The translations under genes were made by a program, and so were the position numbers. Of a DNA stretch of 40,504 nucleotides, positions 1-8,299 are shown piece after piece (position 1 is the first letter of the stretch; each line of letters starts with the position of its first letter). Source of the DNA: a virus (lineage: Duplodnaviria > Caudoviricetes); IMG/VR virus record IMGVR_UViG_3300022895_000228, positions 1 through 40,504 of that record. The stretch is one strand, 5' to 3'. Under the pieces are notes generated by a model. It was not told where the DNA came from and did not search any database. It saw only the letters and a program-made list of their open reading frames with translations.

Positions 1-228
1 CAAAGCCATTAAATTCGCCCCCTACGGCTACGGTTGCCGGACGCTCACAACGGCCAGTATCTCATTTGTCGATTTGATCGATCTCATCATACCCTTGTAA
101 GCACTTCCGGCTAGACTGTTTTGGAATACCGCCATTTTGTTGGTAATGGCTTTTATCTTTAGGCCATAGCCGATGTTATAGAGTTACGGCCTTAAAAATA
201 GAAGTCATACACTCAATGAAAAACCAAT

Positions 229-260
229 AAAAAATGCCAGTCAGAAAACTGACTGGCATT
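229..260 (-). terminator. Host intrinsic terminator (probably the original guaA terminator)
   Basis: Stem AATGCCAGTCAG/CTGACTGGCATT with AAAA loop; the A-run at 229-234 gives a U-tract on the minus strand, just downstream of the guaA 3'-end copy. Confidence 0.75.
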
Positions 261-302
261 AAAGTTAGTTGGAAAGGCTTAATTTACTATTTATAGCCAG
301 TC

Positions 303-317
303 CTACTCCCACTCAAT
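303..317 (-). mobile_element. Prophage att core, duplicated 3' end of guaA
   Basis: Minus strand ATTGAGTGGGAGTAG = I-E-W-E-stop, the conserved GuaA C-terminus (KPPATIEWE); epsilon15-type phages are known to integrate at the end of guaA. Confidence 0.85.
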
Positions 318-332
318 TATTTACAATAAGCA

Positions 333-397
333 TAACCGATTGATTTTATAGAGGGTTATTGGCATTAGTGAAATTAGATACCGTCTTTTATACCGTC
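333..397. promoter_or_regulatory. att arm: IHF site and integrase arm-type direct repeats
   Basis: Minus strand AATCAAtcggTTA (333-345) matches IHF consensus WATCAANNNNTTR; ATACCGTC repeated at 378-385 and 390-397. Confidence 0.65.
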
Positions 398-412
398 ACC
401 AGAAAAAGCAGC

Positions 413-673
413 TCAATTTTTGCACGCTTCGTTAGCGGCGATTAGCTCTCTTTCATAACCGATTCGCTGGTGACGCTCGGCGCGTAGCGCTCGCATCTGG
501 ACGTCGATAGTAGCACCGATCGGCAAGTGGTCAACAGCAAACGCCGGGCGCGCAACATCGGCAGTTTTGCATGGCATAGCTACCGGGACTTTTACTTCAA
601 CATAAGACGGTGCCGGCGGCACGTTAGAGCAACCTACTATCATCAATGAGATCGCAGGGATTAGCTTATTCAC
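413..673 (-). CDS. o-spanin (Rz1-like lipoprotein)
   Basis: Signal peptide with lipobox IVG-C, Pro-rich segment, last gene of the lysis cassette. Confidence 0.85.
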   Translation of the reverse strand: MNKLIPAISLMIVGCSNVPPAPSYVEVKVPVAMPCKTADVARPAFAVDHLPIGATIDVQMRALRAERHQRIGYERELIAANEACKN

Positions 674-1047
674 TTTTCACGCTCCCGACGCAGCTCGTCG
701 TCAAAAGCAGCGGATGCCGCCGCGCATACTTCGCCAGTCGTGCGCTCTGACAGAACGGCATTAGCCTTTCCATAATCGTCCAGTGCCTCACGGCGGGCCC
801 TCTCCTGCTCCGATTTAGCCTTAGCTTGGCGCACAGCATCAGCGCTACGCAGAGCCTCAATACCAGCATTCTGACTGGTGATTGTCGCAGCCTGCTGGTG
901 GCCAGTGTCCCTGCATTGCGTCAGCGCCTCGTTGAGACGGTCAATGGTTGGCTGGTAATGTCGACTGGCCAGCCAGGCACCGGCCCCGACAACTGCTGCC
1001 AGCGCAAGCAAGATCACCACTCCATAGGCAATCATTTTGCCAGGCAT
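670..1047 (-). CDS. i-spanin (Rz-like)
   Basis: N-terminal TM helix plus helical periplasmic domain, between endolysin and lipoprotein. Confidence 0.85.
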   Translation of the reverse strand: MPGKMIAYGVVILLALAAVVGAGAWLASRHYQPTIDRLNEALTQCRDTGHQQAATITSQNAGIEALRSADAVRQAKAKSEQERARREALDDYGKANAVLSERTTGEVCAAASAAFDDELRREREK

Positions 1048-1547
1048 AGAGCGCGCTCCTTACCAGCTCTTGTCACCAACCCGGGTAAAACTTTGCCAGT
1101 GGCATAAACCCAGCGCGGATACTGTTCACATGCCTCGTCTATTTTCCCCTGGCGCGACAACCTGAACAGCATGGATTTCTGAGCGGCACCGCAACCAACA
1201 CGGAATGTCAGGCTAACAGCCGCGTCAAAGGCTCCCTGTCTCAGCTTATCGCCTGCCGCGTTGCGGATAACGCACCGCTCCGCCGCAATGATATTATTTT
1301 TCCAGTCCGCAGCGATCTGTTGATCAGTTTTCCGTACTCCCGGCTTAACTCCGTGCGTATTGCCAACACCATCAGTCCACACATCCGCCGGGCATTTGTA
1401 CGGATCACGGCGGCAGCCCTCGGCGTTACCGATAAGCTCAAGACCAGCCTTACTGGTTTTCACTTCGCCACTCGATAGCACCAGACCGATGATCACCATG
1501 ACCGAACAGACCGCGCCGGCGGCGCCCGTCTTTTTTATCTTGCTCAC
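1032..1547 (-). CDS. SAR endolysin, GH24 lysozyme of P1 Lyz type
   Basis: Gly/Ala-rich SAR helix with Cys14; AEGCRRDPYKCPADVWTDGVGNT matches the P1 Lyz E-x8-C-x5-T active site. Confidence 0.93.
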   Translation of the reverse strand: MSKIKKTGAAGAVCSVMVIIGLVLSSGEVKTSKAGLELIGNAEGCRRDPYKCPADVWTDGVGNTHGVKPGVRKTDQQIAADWKNNIIAAERCVIRNAAGDKLRQGAFDAAVSLTFRVGCGAAQKSMLFRLSRQGKIDEACEQYPRWVYATGKVLPGLVTRAGKERALCLAK

Positions 1548-1852
1548 GCTTCACTCTCCCCACCTGGCAGCGGCGTGTACTGATCAGCCTCATCCACCGA
1601 TATGCCAGATCTGCCGCTGCGCTTATCCAGATAGTCCGCATAGAGAGCTGTGCGGCGCTCTTCATTCTTTCTTTTCGCCCTGGCATCGATACGGCCAAGT
1701 ACAAACGAAAGAACAGAAACCAATACGCCCACCGCGCCAAATGCGATGTAAATCAGATCCTGTGTTGTTATCCCGGCGGCGGAAGCAATAGCTGCAAGCC
1801 AGGCAAAAAACTGCGTCACTATGTTTACCGGTTGTTGGTCATTCATTCTCAT
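1544..1852 (-). CDS. Holin (dual start Met-Arg-Met)
   Basis: Two hydrophobic helices, charged C-terminus, directly upstream of the endolysin; GGAGGTGGAGT precedes ATG AGA ATG, so the start was moved from 1918 to 1852. Confidence 0.7.
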   Translation of the reverse strand: MRMNDQQPVNIVTQFFAWLAAIASAAGITTQDLIYIAFGAVGVLVSVLSFVLGRIDARAKRKNEERRTALYADYLDKRSGRSGISVDEADQYTPLPGGESEA

Positions 1853-1875
1853 ACTCCACCTCCGCACACGGCGGG

Positions 1876-2673
1876 TTAGTGCGGGATACCTAGGGTATCC
1901 ATGAGGAAGTACCCCCACTCAGTAAGAGACTGCTCTTCGTCAGAAGAAATCCTCCGTGTGAGCACCGCAGATGTAAATACTTCAATGTCTGTCGCGCCAG
2001 GCGTGCCGGTGTTCTGGCCAATGGATCCCACTCGCGGTGGCGCCCCACGTTGGATAGATGTCGGTGAATTGATCGGTAAAATTGTCTGTACTGCAGTTCC
2101 GTTTGCGACTACTCGCAAAACGTTGTCTGCGGCCGAGTAGTCGCCTATTAAAACGAAAGGCTTATCGGTAATCGGGATGCCGACAGAGATCTGCGTTGTA
2201 ATGCCTGTTGATGGAGTACCTGGCGGCACCTCATGTTGGGTTACAGCCATGGTTGCATTCATTAATCCGTCTGTACCATTATTCGAGAAGTACAACGATG
2301 CACCGTTTGTACCTCCGTCAGGCCCGTTACTTAAGTTATTAGAGATAATGAATTCGTTACCGATGCTTTGGTTGCCGAGAGTGCGGGCTGTTTTTGCGAT
2401 GGCAAAAAACGTCATTGCGTACCCCTGAGCTACCTGGGTGTCAATGAAGTTTGTTTTGAGTCGAAACAGGGCGCTATGCGCACTGATCACCGGTGAGCCA
2501 GTAACCCGCCCGCCAGGCATTCCACGTGCAAGATTTTGCCCAATATTTTCACTAGCACCGAACAGATTGATATATGACCAACCGCCCAACGTCTCATCTA
2601 GCGGAGGCCGGAACCATGCACGTTGCGTTCCCCAATTTGCTTCTTGCACACGAATTGAAATTCCTTGGCTCAT
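1876..2673 (-). CDS. Tailspike-associated protein (beta-sandwich/LamG-like, tentative)
   Basis: 265 aa, 4-bp overlap with the tailspike stop, Gly/Thr/Ser-rich beta-strand pattern. Confidence 0.55.
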   Translation of the reverse strand: MSQGISIRVQEANWGTQRAWFRPPLDETLGGWSYINLFGASENIGQNLARGMPGGRVTGSPVISAHSALFRLKTNFIDTQVAQGYAMTFFAIAKTARTLGNQSIGNEFIISNNLSNGPDGGTNGASLYFSNNGTDGLMNATMAVTQHEVPPGTPSTGITTQISVGIPITDKPFVLIGDYSAADNVLRVVANGTAVQTILPINSPTSIQRGAPPRVGSIGQNTGTPGATDIEVFTSAVLTRRISSDEEQSLTEWGYFLMDTLGIPH

Positions 2674-5219
2674 GATACGATCTCCGGGTAAACGATTTGA
2701 GCTAATGCAAAGTTATTCTGTGGATAGGGTTTATCCAGCAGCGCGGGGATATTTGTTTCTGGGTATTTAGACTCAGTGAATTTGTATGAATACAGAGATT
2801 CCGAATCATCAGAGTCGCAGACATTACCCTGCCCGTCATACGTAGTTTTAGGGGCATAGGTTATTTTCAACTGACCTACAGGTGCGCGATTGAGTTCTGC
2901 ACTAATAATAGTATCGGCTGCGACTCTGACATTATAAATTGTCAAATCACCAGCATCGTCTTTAGCTAAGAAGCCTTTATTGGCAAAAATAACCCCCCCC
3001 GCAGCTTCATTAGTTAAGTAATACGAGGGTTTAAACTGCAATGGTGGCTCCCACACTCGATAGCCAAATAGCAAAGTAGTGCCATAGCATTTAGCCCAAA
3101 TAATTTTGTTTGAGAAAAACGCCTGCCTCCGGTCGAGAACCATGTGCATAGCCTTGCCAAAGAACATTGATGCCCAACGAATCCCATTATTGTCACGGTG
3201 AGATGCTTTATCAGTCTCAAAATATGACGGTTTGCACAGCGTGATGTTTTCATTTTCTTCATCAAGCTCAATATGCGCCTGGCCGATCGACTGATTGGTA
3301 CTATCGAAAGTCCACCAGCCGCCAGTTTGTTCAGTGAATACCGCCAGCTTATCGCCCTGACCAAAGATAGCGCGCCCCGCGTCCTCGACGTCCTGGATCT
3401 TCTTAAGCATTAACGCTTTCCATTCATCCTTATCCGTCGTTGATTCAGCTTTTGTAGCATCATAATCATATTCATGGCCGCTATACATCATCGCTACAAG
3501 AGCCGCGGTTGCACCAACAGGCAAATTATTCTTAATCTGCTGGAGAGCACGAACAACCCGATTTTCAAAGTAGCCAGATGCATTACCTTTTGATAGTTGC
3601 TTTAATGTTTTCCCCGGAACGCCAACGTTAACAACAATTATTTTCCTTTCGTTATCAACAAGTATCCCACGATATTTCCTTTGCATAACTCGCTGGAAGT
3701 TTACTGCAGCAACTGTTATTTCTTCCCCTGGGTTATCTGATGGGCGAGGCAACGCATCAATCTGTGCATCGGTCATTGCAACAGACGGGGATCCAGTCGT
3801 CTGTGTGACGCCTACCAGGTCCTTAAATATCGCAGAACCCAGAGGATTAAATGTCCCATCAATAGAGTTACCACGTACTGAATCGCCCAACATCAGCACA
3901 TTACCCGGTTCTATTGGGTCGCGAGTTAAATGACGCCACGATTGCCACCCAGTCATGAAACTCTGCCCGTCACCGATGTAAACATTGTATTGATAAACCG
4001 GCGCGGCGATAGCACTGCTAATTGGCTTCCTCAGTGATTGAGCGTAAATTTTATTCTGCATATCTAGCACATCAAGAGAATAATCAGGTTTGCTATTATC
4101 AATTGACGAGTCAATGAGTACGTTTCCAATGCCATCGTATACAAGAATATTATTAGTGTTATTTACCTTCACAGAAAATCCCCGGCAGGAAAATCCTTCT
4201 CTTGAAATATTAAAAGCGCTAGAGCCCATGCTTCCGTTCAGCAGGAATTCGAACAATACGTTCCCTATTCCGTCCTGCAATAGCGCGCCATAATTATTTG
4301 TACTGAACGTGGATATTATTTTTAATAGTGCATTGACTAAATCAGCACCAGCAAGCCCAGCAACCTCGAGCGCTACGCCAGAATTGTTGATGTAATACTT
4401 GAACCCTTTGCCGGGGCCGAGACCTACGCGAAACGCCTGGCCGCTTGCTGTTCCAGCAATACCGGCGATTGTCCCATCTGGATCCCCCGGTGTTATATAG
4501 AACGTGCTTCCTGCATCGGCAATTGTCTGCGCATTTGCCGCCGCCGTCTCCGCCCGGTCGCGAGCGTTTACTGACGTGTTAGCGGCATTTACTGAGGTGT
4601 CACGCGCCTCAGTCGCAATCTCGATTGCATGGTCAACGTCACCGAATTTATCAGCGATTGCGCGGGATTCGTCGCGTGCCTCTTTCGCCTCACGCGCCGC
4701 CTGCTTGGCTTCTTCGGTTGGCACTGAATATTGCAGGTCAACCCACTGTTTGGTGGCAGCATCTTGAGGAAGAAGAGGATCGGCTAGGTTAATAATTCTC
4801 TGGTTTTTCGCATCATAATAATGGCCGCCCCCTACTGGCTTCAGCAGTGCACGTGTCAACGCTTCGTCGTTCTGCTGGATCAGCATGGTCAGGTAGTCAA
4901 AGACGTCCTCATGAACTTCAGGGAAGAAACTACCTTGATTGCGAATATCTGTTTCTTGCACGGTGGGTAACTGCCGGACAATTGCCAGCTTAAAGTTAAG
5001 AGCAAGGGCCGCATTTAGAGTGATGCTGCCACCGCTGTATGATCTGACGCCCGAAACCGAGTAATCAGTATTCAGCACCAGCGGCGTCTCGATCCCGTTT
5101 GTGTCGGTGCGCACAACGTTCAGAGAGCTTTCGTTAAAGATTCTAAATCGATACGGGAACACGGTTGTAACCCCATTCCCTGTGTAATCCTCCCTGCTTA
5201 TCTGTGTTGATACAGTCAT
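2670..5219 (-). CDS. Tailspike/receptor-binding protein with putative SGNH (O-acetylesterase-like) domain
   Basis: N-terminal podovirus head-binding region (YTGNGVTTVFPYRFRIF...FDYLTMLIQQ); GDGQS, SGHEYD and D-x-x-x-H motifs in the C-terminal half. Confidence 0.8.
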   Translation of the reverse strand: MTVSTQISREDYTGNGVTTVFPYRFRIFNESSLNVVRTDTNGIETPLVLNTDYSVSGVRSYSGGSITLNAALALNFKLAIVRQLPTVQETDIRNQGSFFPEVHEDVFDYLTMLIQQNDEALTRALLKPVGGGHYYDAKNQRIINLADPLLPQDAATKQWVDLQYSVPTEEAKQAAREAKEARDESRAIADKFGDVDHAIEIATEARDTSVNAANTSVNARDRAETAAANAQTIADAGSTFYITPGDPDGTIAGIAGTASGQAFRVGLGPGKGFKYYINNSGVALEVAGLAGADLVNALLKIISTFSTNNYGALLQDGIGNVLFEFLLNGSMGSSAFNISREGFSCRGFSVKVNNTNNILVYDGIGNVLIDSSIDNSKPDYSLDVLDMQNKIYAQSLRKPISSAIAAPVYQYNVYIGDGQSFMTGWQSWRHLTRDPIEPGNVLMLGDSVRGNSIDGTFNPLGSAIFKDLVGVTQTTGSPSVAMTDAQIDALPRPSDNPGEEITVAAVNFQRVMQRKYRGILVDNERKIIVVNVGVPGKTLKQLSKGNASGYFENRVVRALQQIKNNLPVGATAALVAMMYSGHEYDYDATKAESTTDKDEWKALMLKKIQDVEDAGRAIFGQGDKLAVFTEQTGGWWTFDSTNQSIGQAHIELDEENENITLCKPSYFETDKASHRDNNGIRWASMFFGKAMHMVLDRRQAFFSNKIIWAKCYGTTLLFGYRVWEPPLQFKPSYYLTNEAAGGVIFANKGFLAKDDAGDLTIYNVRVAADTIISAELNRAPVGQLKITYAPKTTYDGQGNVCDSDDSESLYSYKFTESKYPETNIPALLDKPYPQNNFALAQIVYPEIVS

Positions 5220-5307
5220 TCGCTGCCGCTCCGCTCGTTTGCTTTTCGCTCATTTTAGCCATGACAAACCCATACATGAATCGAATAATGTGTTATATTT
5301 AAAATTA

Positions 5308-5376
5308 TTACCTTAGTGGTAATTTAGTTGCGCATATTGCTAAACCACCTATTATTATGTATGGTTATTTATACAG
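5308..5376 (+). promoter_or_regulatory. ant promoter region: Rep operator, -35/-10 and degenerate SOS box
   Basis: TTACCttagtGGTAA 5308-5322; TTGCTA(5337)-17 bp-TATGGT(5360); aTGGTTATTTATACAG 5361-5376. Confidence 0.65.
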
Positions 5377-5395
5377 TAGTTAAGGGCTGAGCGAG

Positions 5396-5656
5396 GTGCA
5401 GAACACAATGAAGAAGTACAGCTACCCGACCAGCAGGATGCTGGAGAAGAACGTCAACACGCGCGAAGGGATCGCGGGATTAGCTAAGGCTTCACTACTG
5501 GAAAGGCTACTGAAAGAGCTGGATGCGGACGGCTCAGAGATCGGCGGCGCTATGCTGGAACTGAATGCTTTGGTGAACTACGTCACACAAAACGAGAAAA
5601 TGAAGGAAGAAATTAAAACCCATTCGAAATTTATTACACACCAGCTGGAACAATAA
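5396..5656 (+). CDS. ant: Antirepressor, SPC32H Ant-like
   Basis: 86 aa, divergent from the tailspike as in SPC32H; motifs LLKELDADG and ELNALVNYVT recalled from SPC32H Ant. Confidence 0.8.
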   Translation: MQNTMKKYSYPTSRMLEKNVNTREGIAGLAKASLLERLLKELDADGSEIGGAMLELNALVNYVTQNEKMKEEIKTHSKFITHQLEQ

Positions 5657-5789
5657 TTACCATCGTCAATACCTCGCCGGGCCTAGCCCGGCTCATTATC
5701 AGGTAATCTTTTAATATCTCACCTCGCCAAATAATTACCAAAATGGTACATTTACTTTCTCGCAAACCTGCGCCACAGACTAAGGACAT

Positions 5790-5816
5790 AAAAAAAGCCC
5801 GCTGATTAGCGGGCTT
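5790..5816 (-). terminator. Intrinsic terminator after the 53-aa ORF
   Basis: Minus strand AAGCCCGC-taatca-GCGGGCTT followed by a T-run. Confidence 0.85.
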
Positions 5817-5837
5817 GCTTCTATCTACCTGTTAGCG

Positions 5838-5999
5838 TCATGCGACTTTTCGATGACGGCGAGGACCTTGAACTTCGCGAGTTGGTGCCTTCGCGCGTTC
5901 TAACAAGATCGGGGCAGCTTTAGTTAGAAGCTCGATAGATGCACCAATGCGAGCGTAGGTTTCGACTGTGTCGAACTTCGCTTCTTTAGCATATGACAT
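5838..5999 (-). CDS. Unannotated 53-aa protein (MSYAKEAKFDTVETYARIGASIELL...RRHRKVA)
   Basis: Strong SD TAAGGAG upstream, open frame to TGA at 5838, followed by a terminator; below the ORF-track cutoff. Confidence 0.75.
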   Translation of the reverse strand: MSYAKEAKFDTVETYARIGASIELLTKAAPILLERAKAPTREVQGPRRHRKVA

Positions 6000-6172
6000 G
6001 TGACATCTCCTTAGTGGGCTGGGGTTTGCCCTTCAAGTAAAACATTCAGACGTCGACCTCTTGTCGACTGACTGTGGACTGATAGTAGTTACTTATACAC
6101 AAAAAAGCCACAGGTTGACCTACAATTTTTGTGTACCAATCGTCAACAAACTTCAAGATGTGATGGCAGTAA

Positions 6173-6712
6173 CTACGCCCAGTTTTCTGGGTTGGTGATG
6201 ATATCCCTTAACGCTTCAATAGTACACATCATTCGATATGAGCAGCCAGGTTCATCTACGAAACCAAATTTTGAATAGTACTCTCGCAACTCTTCGTCTG
6301 GCTCTACGATGACAACATGAGTACCTTGTACCGCATCAGTAAATATGTAGGCACCCATGAAGGTAAACAAGGCCATGCGCTTACAAAGAGGATGATCATC
6401 CTGATCCCTAACGAAATTCTCTATCATATAGATTTCGAAAGTTTGTGTATCTGTGCGGAACGCACATAAAGCTATGCCTGCTGGATATTCTTCCTTAACC
6501 GAGAGGATTTTGAAGCAGAGATCTACACTATTTTCTTTACCGGTATACTTACTGACACCCCATTCCCAGTTAAGTTCACCAAACATCCCTGATGAAAGAA
6601 GGCGATAGTCTGACTCTTTTAGTGGTCCTACTGCCAAATTAAGCCCCATGCGATCAATCAGCATCTGCAGTGCATTACGAGTCTGTTCAACAACTTCTTG
6701 TACTGAAAGCAT
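6173..6712 (-). CDS. Moron protein, putative GNAT-fold N-acetyltransferase
   Basis: 179 aa; C-terminal LREYYSKFGF resembles GNAT motif B; extended -10 TGATATAAT on the minus strand at 6743-6751. Confidence 0.55.
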   Translation of the reverse strand: MLSVQEVVEQTRNALQMLIDRMGLNLAVGPLKESDYRLLSSGMFGELNWEWGVSKYTGKENSVDLCFKILSVKEEYPAGIALCAFRTDTQTFEIYMIENFVRDQDDHPLCKRMALFTFMGAYIFTDAVQGTHVVIVEPDEELREYYSKFGFVDEPGCSYRMMCTIEALRDIITNPENWA

Positions 6713-7004
6713 AAATAAGCCCCTTCGGTTCGCTTAGCGAAGATTATATCACCACGATTAGTTTTAGTTACGGCTCAATTCAAAATGTTACAGCAACACT
6801 CTATAAAATTACCGATTTGGTAACTTTATCTCTATTCAGGACAAGAATAATCCATTTAGTAATGCTAACACGAGAATCAAAAACCGATCGAGCTGCACGC
6901 GTAGGAGATGTGTAAAAAAATTTAATTTTTTATGTTTTTTGCTATTATTGTAAGCAATCAATAATCATTAATACTTCACAGTTTAATTATTTCAGGATGA
7001 ATAA

Positions 7005-7445
7005 ATGACTGCAACATTATTAGAATTAGTTATTCCTGCGTCTGTGTCTATCGTCGTAGCATGTGGAACTGTTATCTGGACAACACAATCAAACAGAAGG
7101 CTAGAGGACATAAAATTAAGGAATGATAAAAAAGAAAGTTTATTTAATAGCAATCAACAATTGACAATAATTGTATCAAAACTGAACTCTTTCGATATGA
7201 AGTATTCTGTTGAGATTTACAGAATGGCGAAAGAATTAGAATCAAGCAAAGATGATGAAGTGAAAAGAATAAAACTACTAACTAATTTGTATTTCAAATT
7301 CTTAGATACGGATTTCGATGCTGCAATATTAGAAGTTCAAGCAATATTTGAAGAACTTAAATCAGAAAAAACACCAGGTCTTGATGCGTTCATGTCTGCA
7401 ACAAAAAAATTAAATGAACTGTCAGATAAAATACTAAAGATATAA
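7005..7445 (+). CDS. Low-GC moron membrane protein 1 (N-terminal TM + helical domain)
   Basis: AT-rich, SD CAGGA, hydrophobic residues ~5-26, opposite strand to the late genes. Confidence 0.75.
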   Translation: MTATLLELVIPASVSIVVACGTVIWTTQSNRRLEDIKLRNDKKESLFNSNQQLTIIVSKLNSFDMKYSVEIYRMAKELESSKDDEVKRIKLLTNLYFKFLDTDFDAAILEVQAIFEELKSEKTPGLDAFMSATKKLNELSDKILKI

Positions 7446-7453
7446 GGACTTCT

Positions 7454-7936
7454 ATGGACAGTACACTTCTCGGGGCGTTGATTGGTGGCGGGTTTGCGAT
7501 AACAGGTTCTGTGTGCACAGCAGTTGCCGCGTACTTCACGAACAAGTACGGCGAGCATGCAAAAACAAGACTAAAAAAGAAAGAAGACTTGTATATTTCA
7601 CTCATTAGCTTGAGAGAGTCAATAAGTGGATTCAGTAGAACATTTAGGTCATCAAGCATTAACTCAAGTAAGATAATTGAAAGAAACAATGATTTCTCTA
7701 CATCAAGAAAAAATGTAAGGATGCTCATTGAGCTATACTTCTTAAAATTAGAGCCTTCGTCTAAGAGACTAAATGCAAAACTAACAAAATTTAAAAATGA
7801 ATTTATAGTTGAGAACACCACTTCTTATAAGAATGGTGTTCTAGACAAAAACAACATCTCCGGTGAGGAAGCAAGTAAATCAGCATTGGCGGAAGTAAAT
7901 AAAATAATTGCTGCTGTATCTAAGGTTAAGATATAG
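7454..7936 (+). CDS. Low-GC moron membrane protein 2 (probable paralog of 7005-7445)
   Basis: SD TAAGGA, N-terminal TM, shared KKE.L..S and LYF..L motifs. Confidence 0.75.
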   Translation: MDSTLLGALIGGGFAITGSVCTAVAAYFTNKYGEHAKTRLKKKEDLYISLISLRESISGFSRTFRSSSINSSKIIERNNDFSTSRKNVRMLIELYFLKLEPSSKRLNAKLTKFKNEFIVENTTSYKNGVLDKNNISGEEASKSALAEVNKIIAAVSKVKI

Positions 7937-7943
7937 GAAATTA

Positions 7944-7961
7944 AAGCCCCGAGAGGGGCTT
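7944..7961. terminator. Hairpin between convergent genes
   Basis: AAGCCCC-GAGA-GGGGCTT. Confidence 0.6.
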
Positions 7962-7967
7962 GGTGGG

Positions 7968-8288
7968 TTAGTTTTTTGTTTTTACCTTTAGCTTCTCGTC
8001 CATTGCTACTTTCACTGCTAATTCGTGTCCCTGCTCTGATATTTTATTTGTGAAACTCCGCTTATCATCAGGTGATGCATTCTGGTAAGGTACATTACTC
8101 TCTAACATTTTATGCAATGTTGGCTTGCACGCAGAAACTGAAGCAGATGCAATAGAATCAGATTGCTCTCCCGTCTCTGAGTATTTAACAGCTTCATTTT
8201 TAACGCAATGATAGAATGCATCAAGTTCGTTATCTGCGCTTACATACCCAGAAAAAACCAAACCCAAAATAAGAAGATATTTATTCAT
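7968..8288 (-). CDS. Small secreted/periplasmic protein
   Basis: Sec signal peptide (MNKYLLILGLVFSGYVSA), two Cys, AT-rich. Confidence 0.7.
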   Translation of the reverse strand: MNKYLLILGLVFSGYVSADNELDAFYHCVKNEAVKYSETGEQSDSIASASVSACKPTLHKMLESNVPYQNASPDDKRSFTNKISEQGHELAVKVAMDEKLKVKTKN

Positions 8289-8299
8289 ATTTCACCAAA

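Noticed and set aside
1-228. Possible host gene fragment
   Set aside because: No ORF or motif that I can support
7337-7821. Antisense ORFs over the moron pair (also 24453-25070)
   Set aside because: Shadow frames of AT-rich Lys/Glu-rich genes with no SD support
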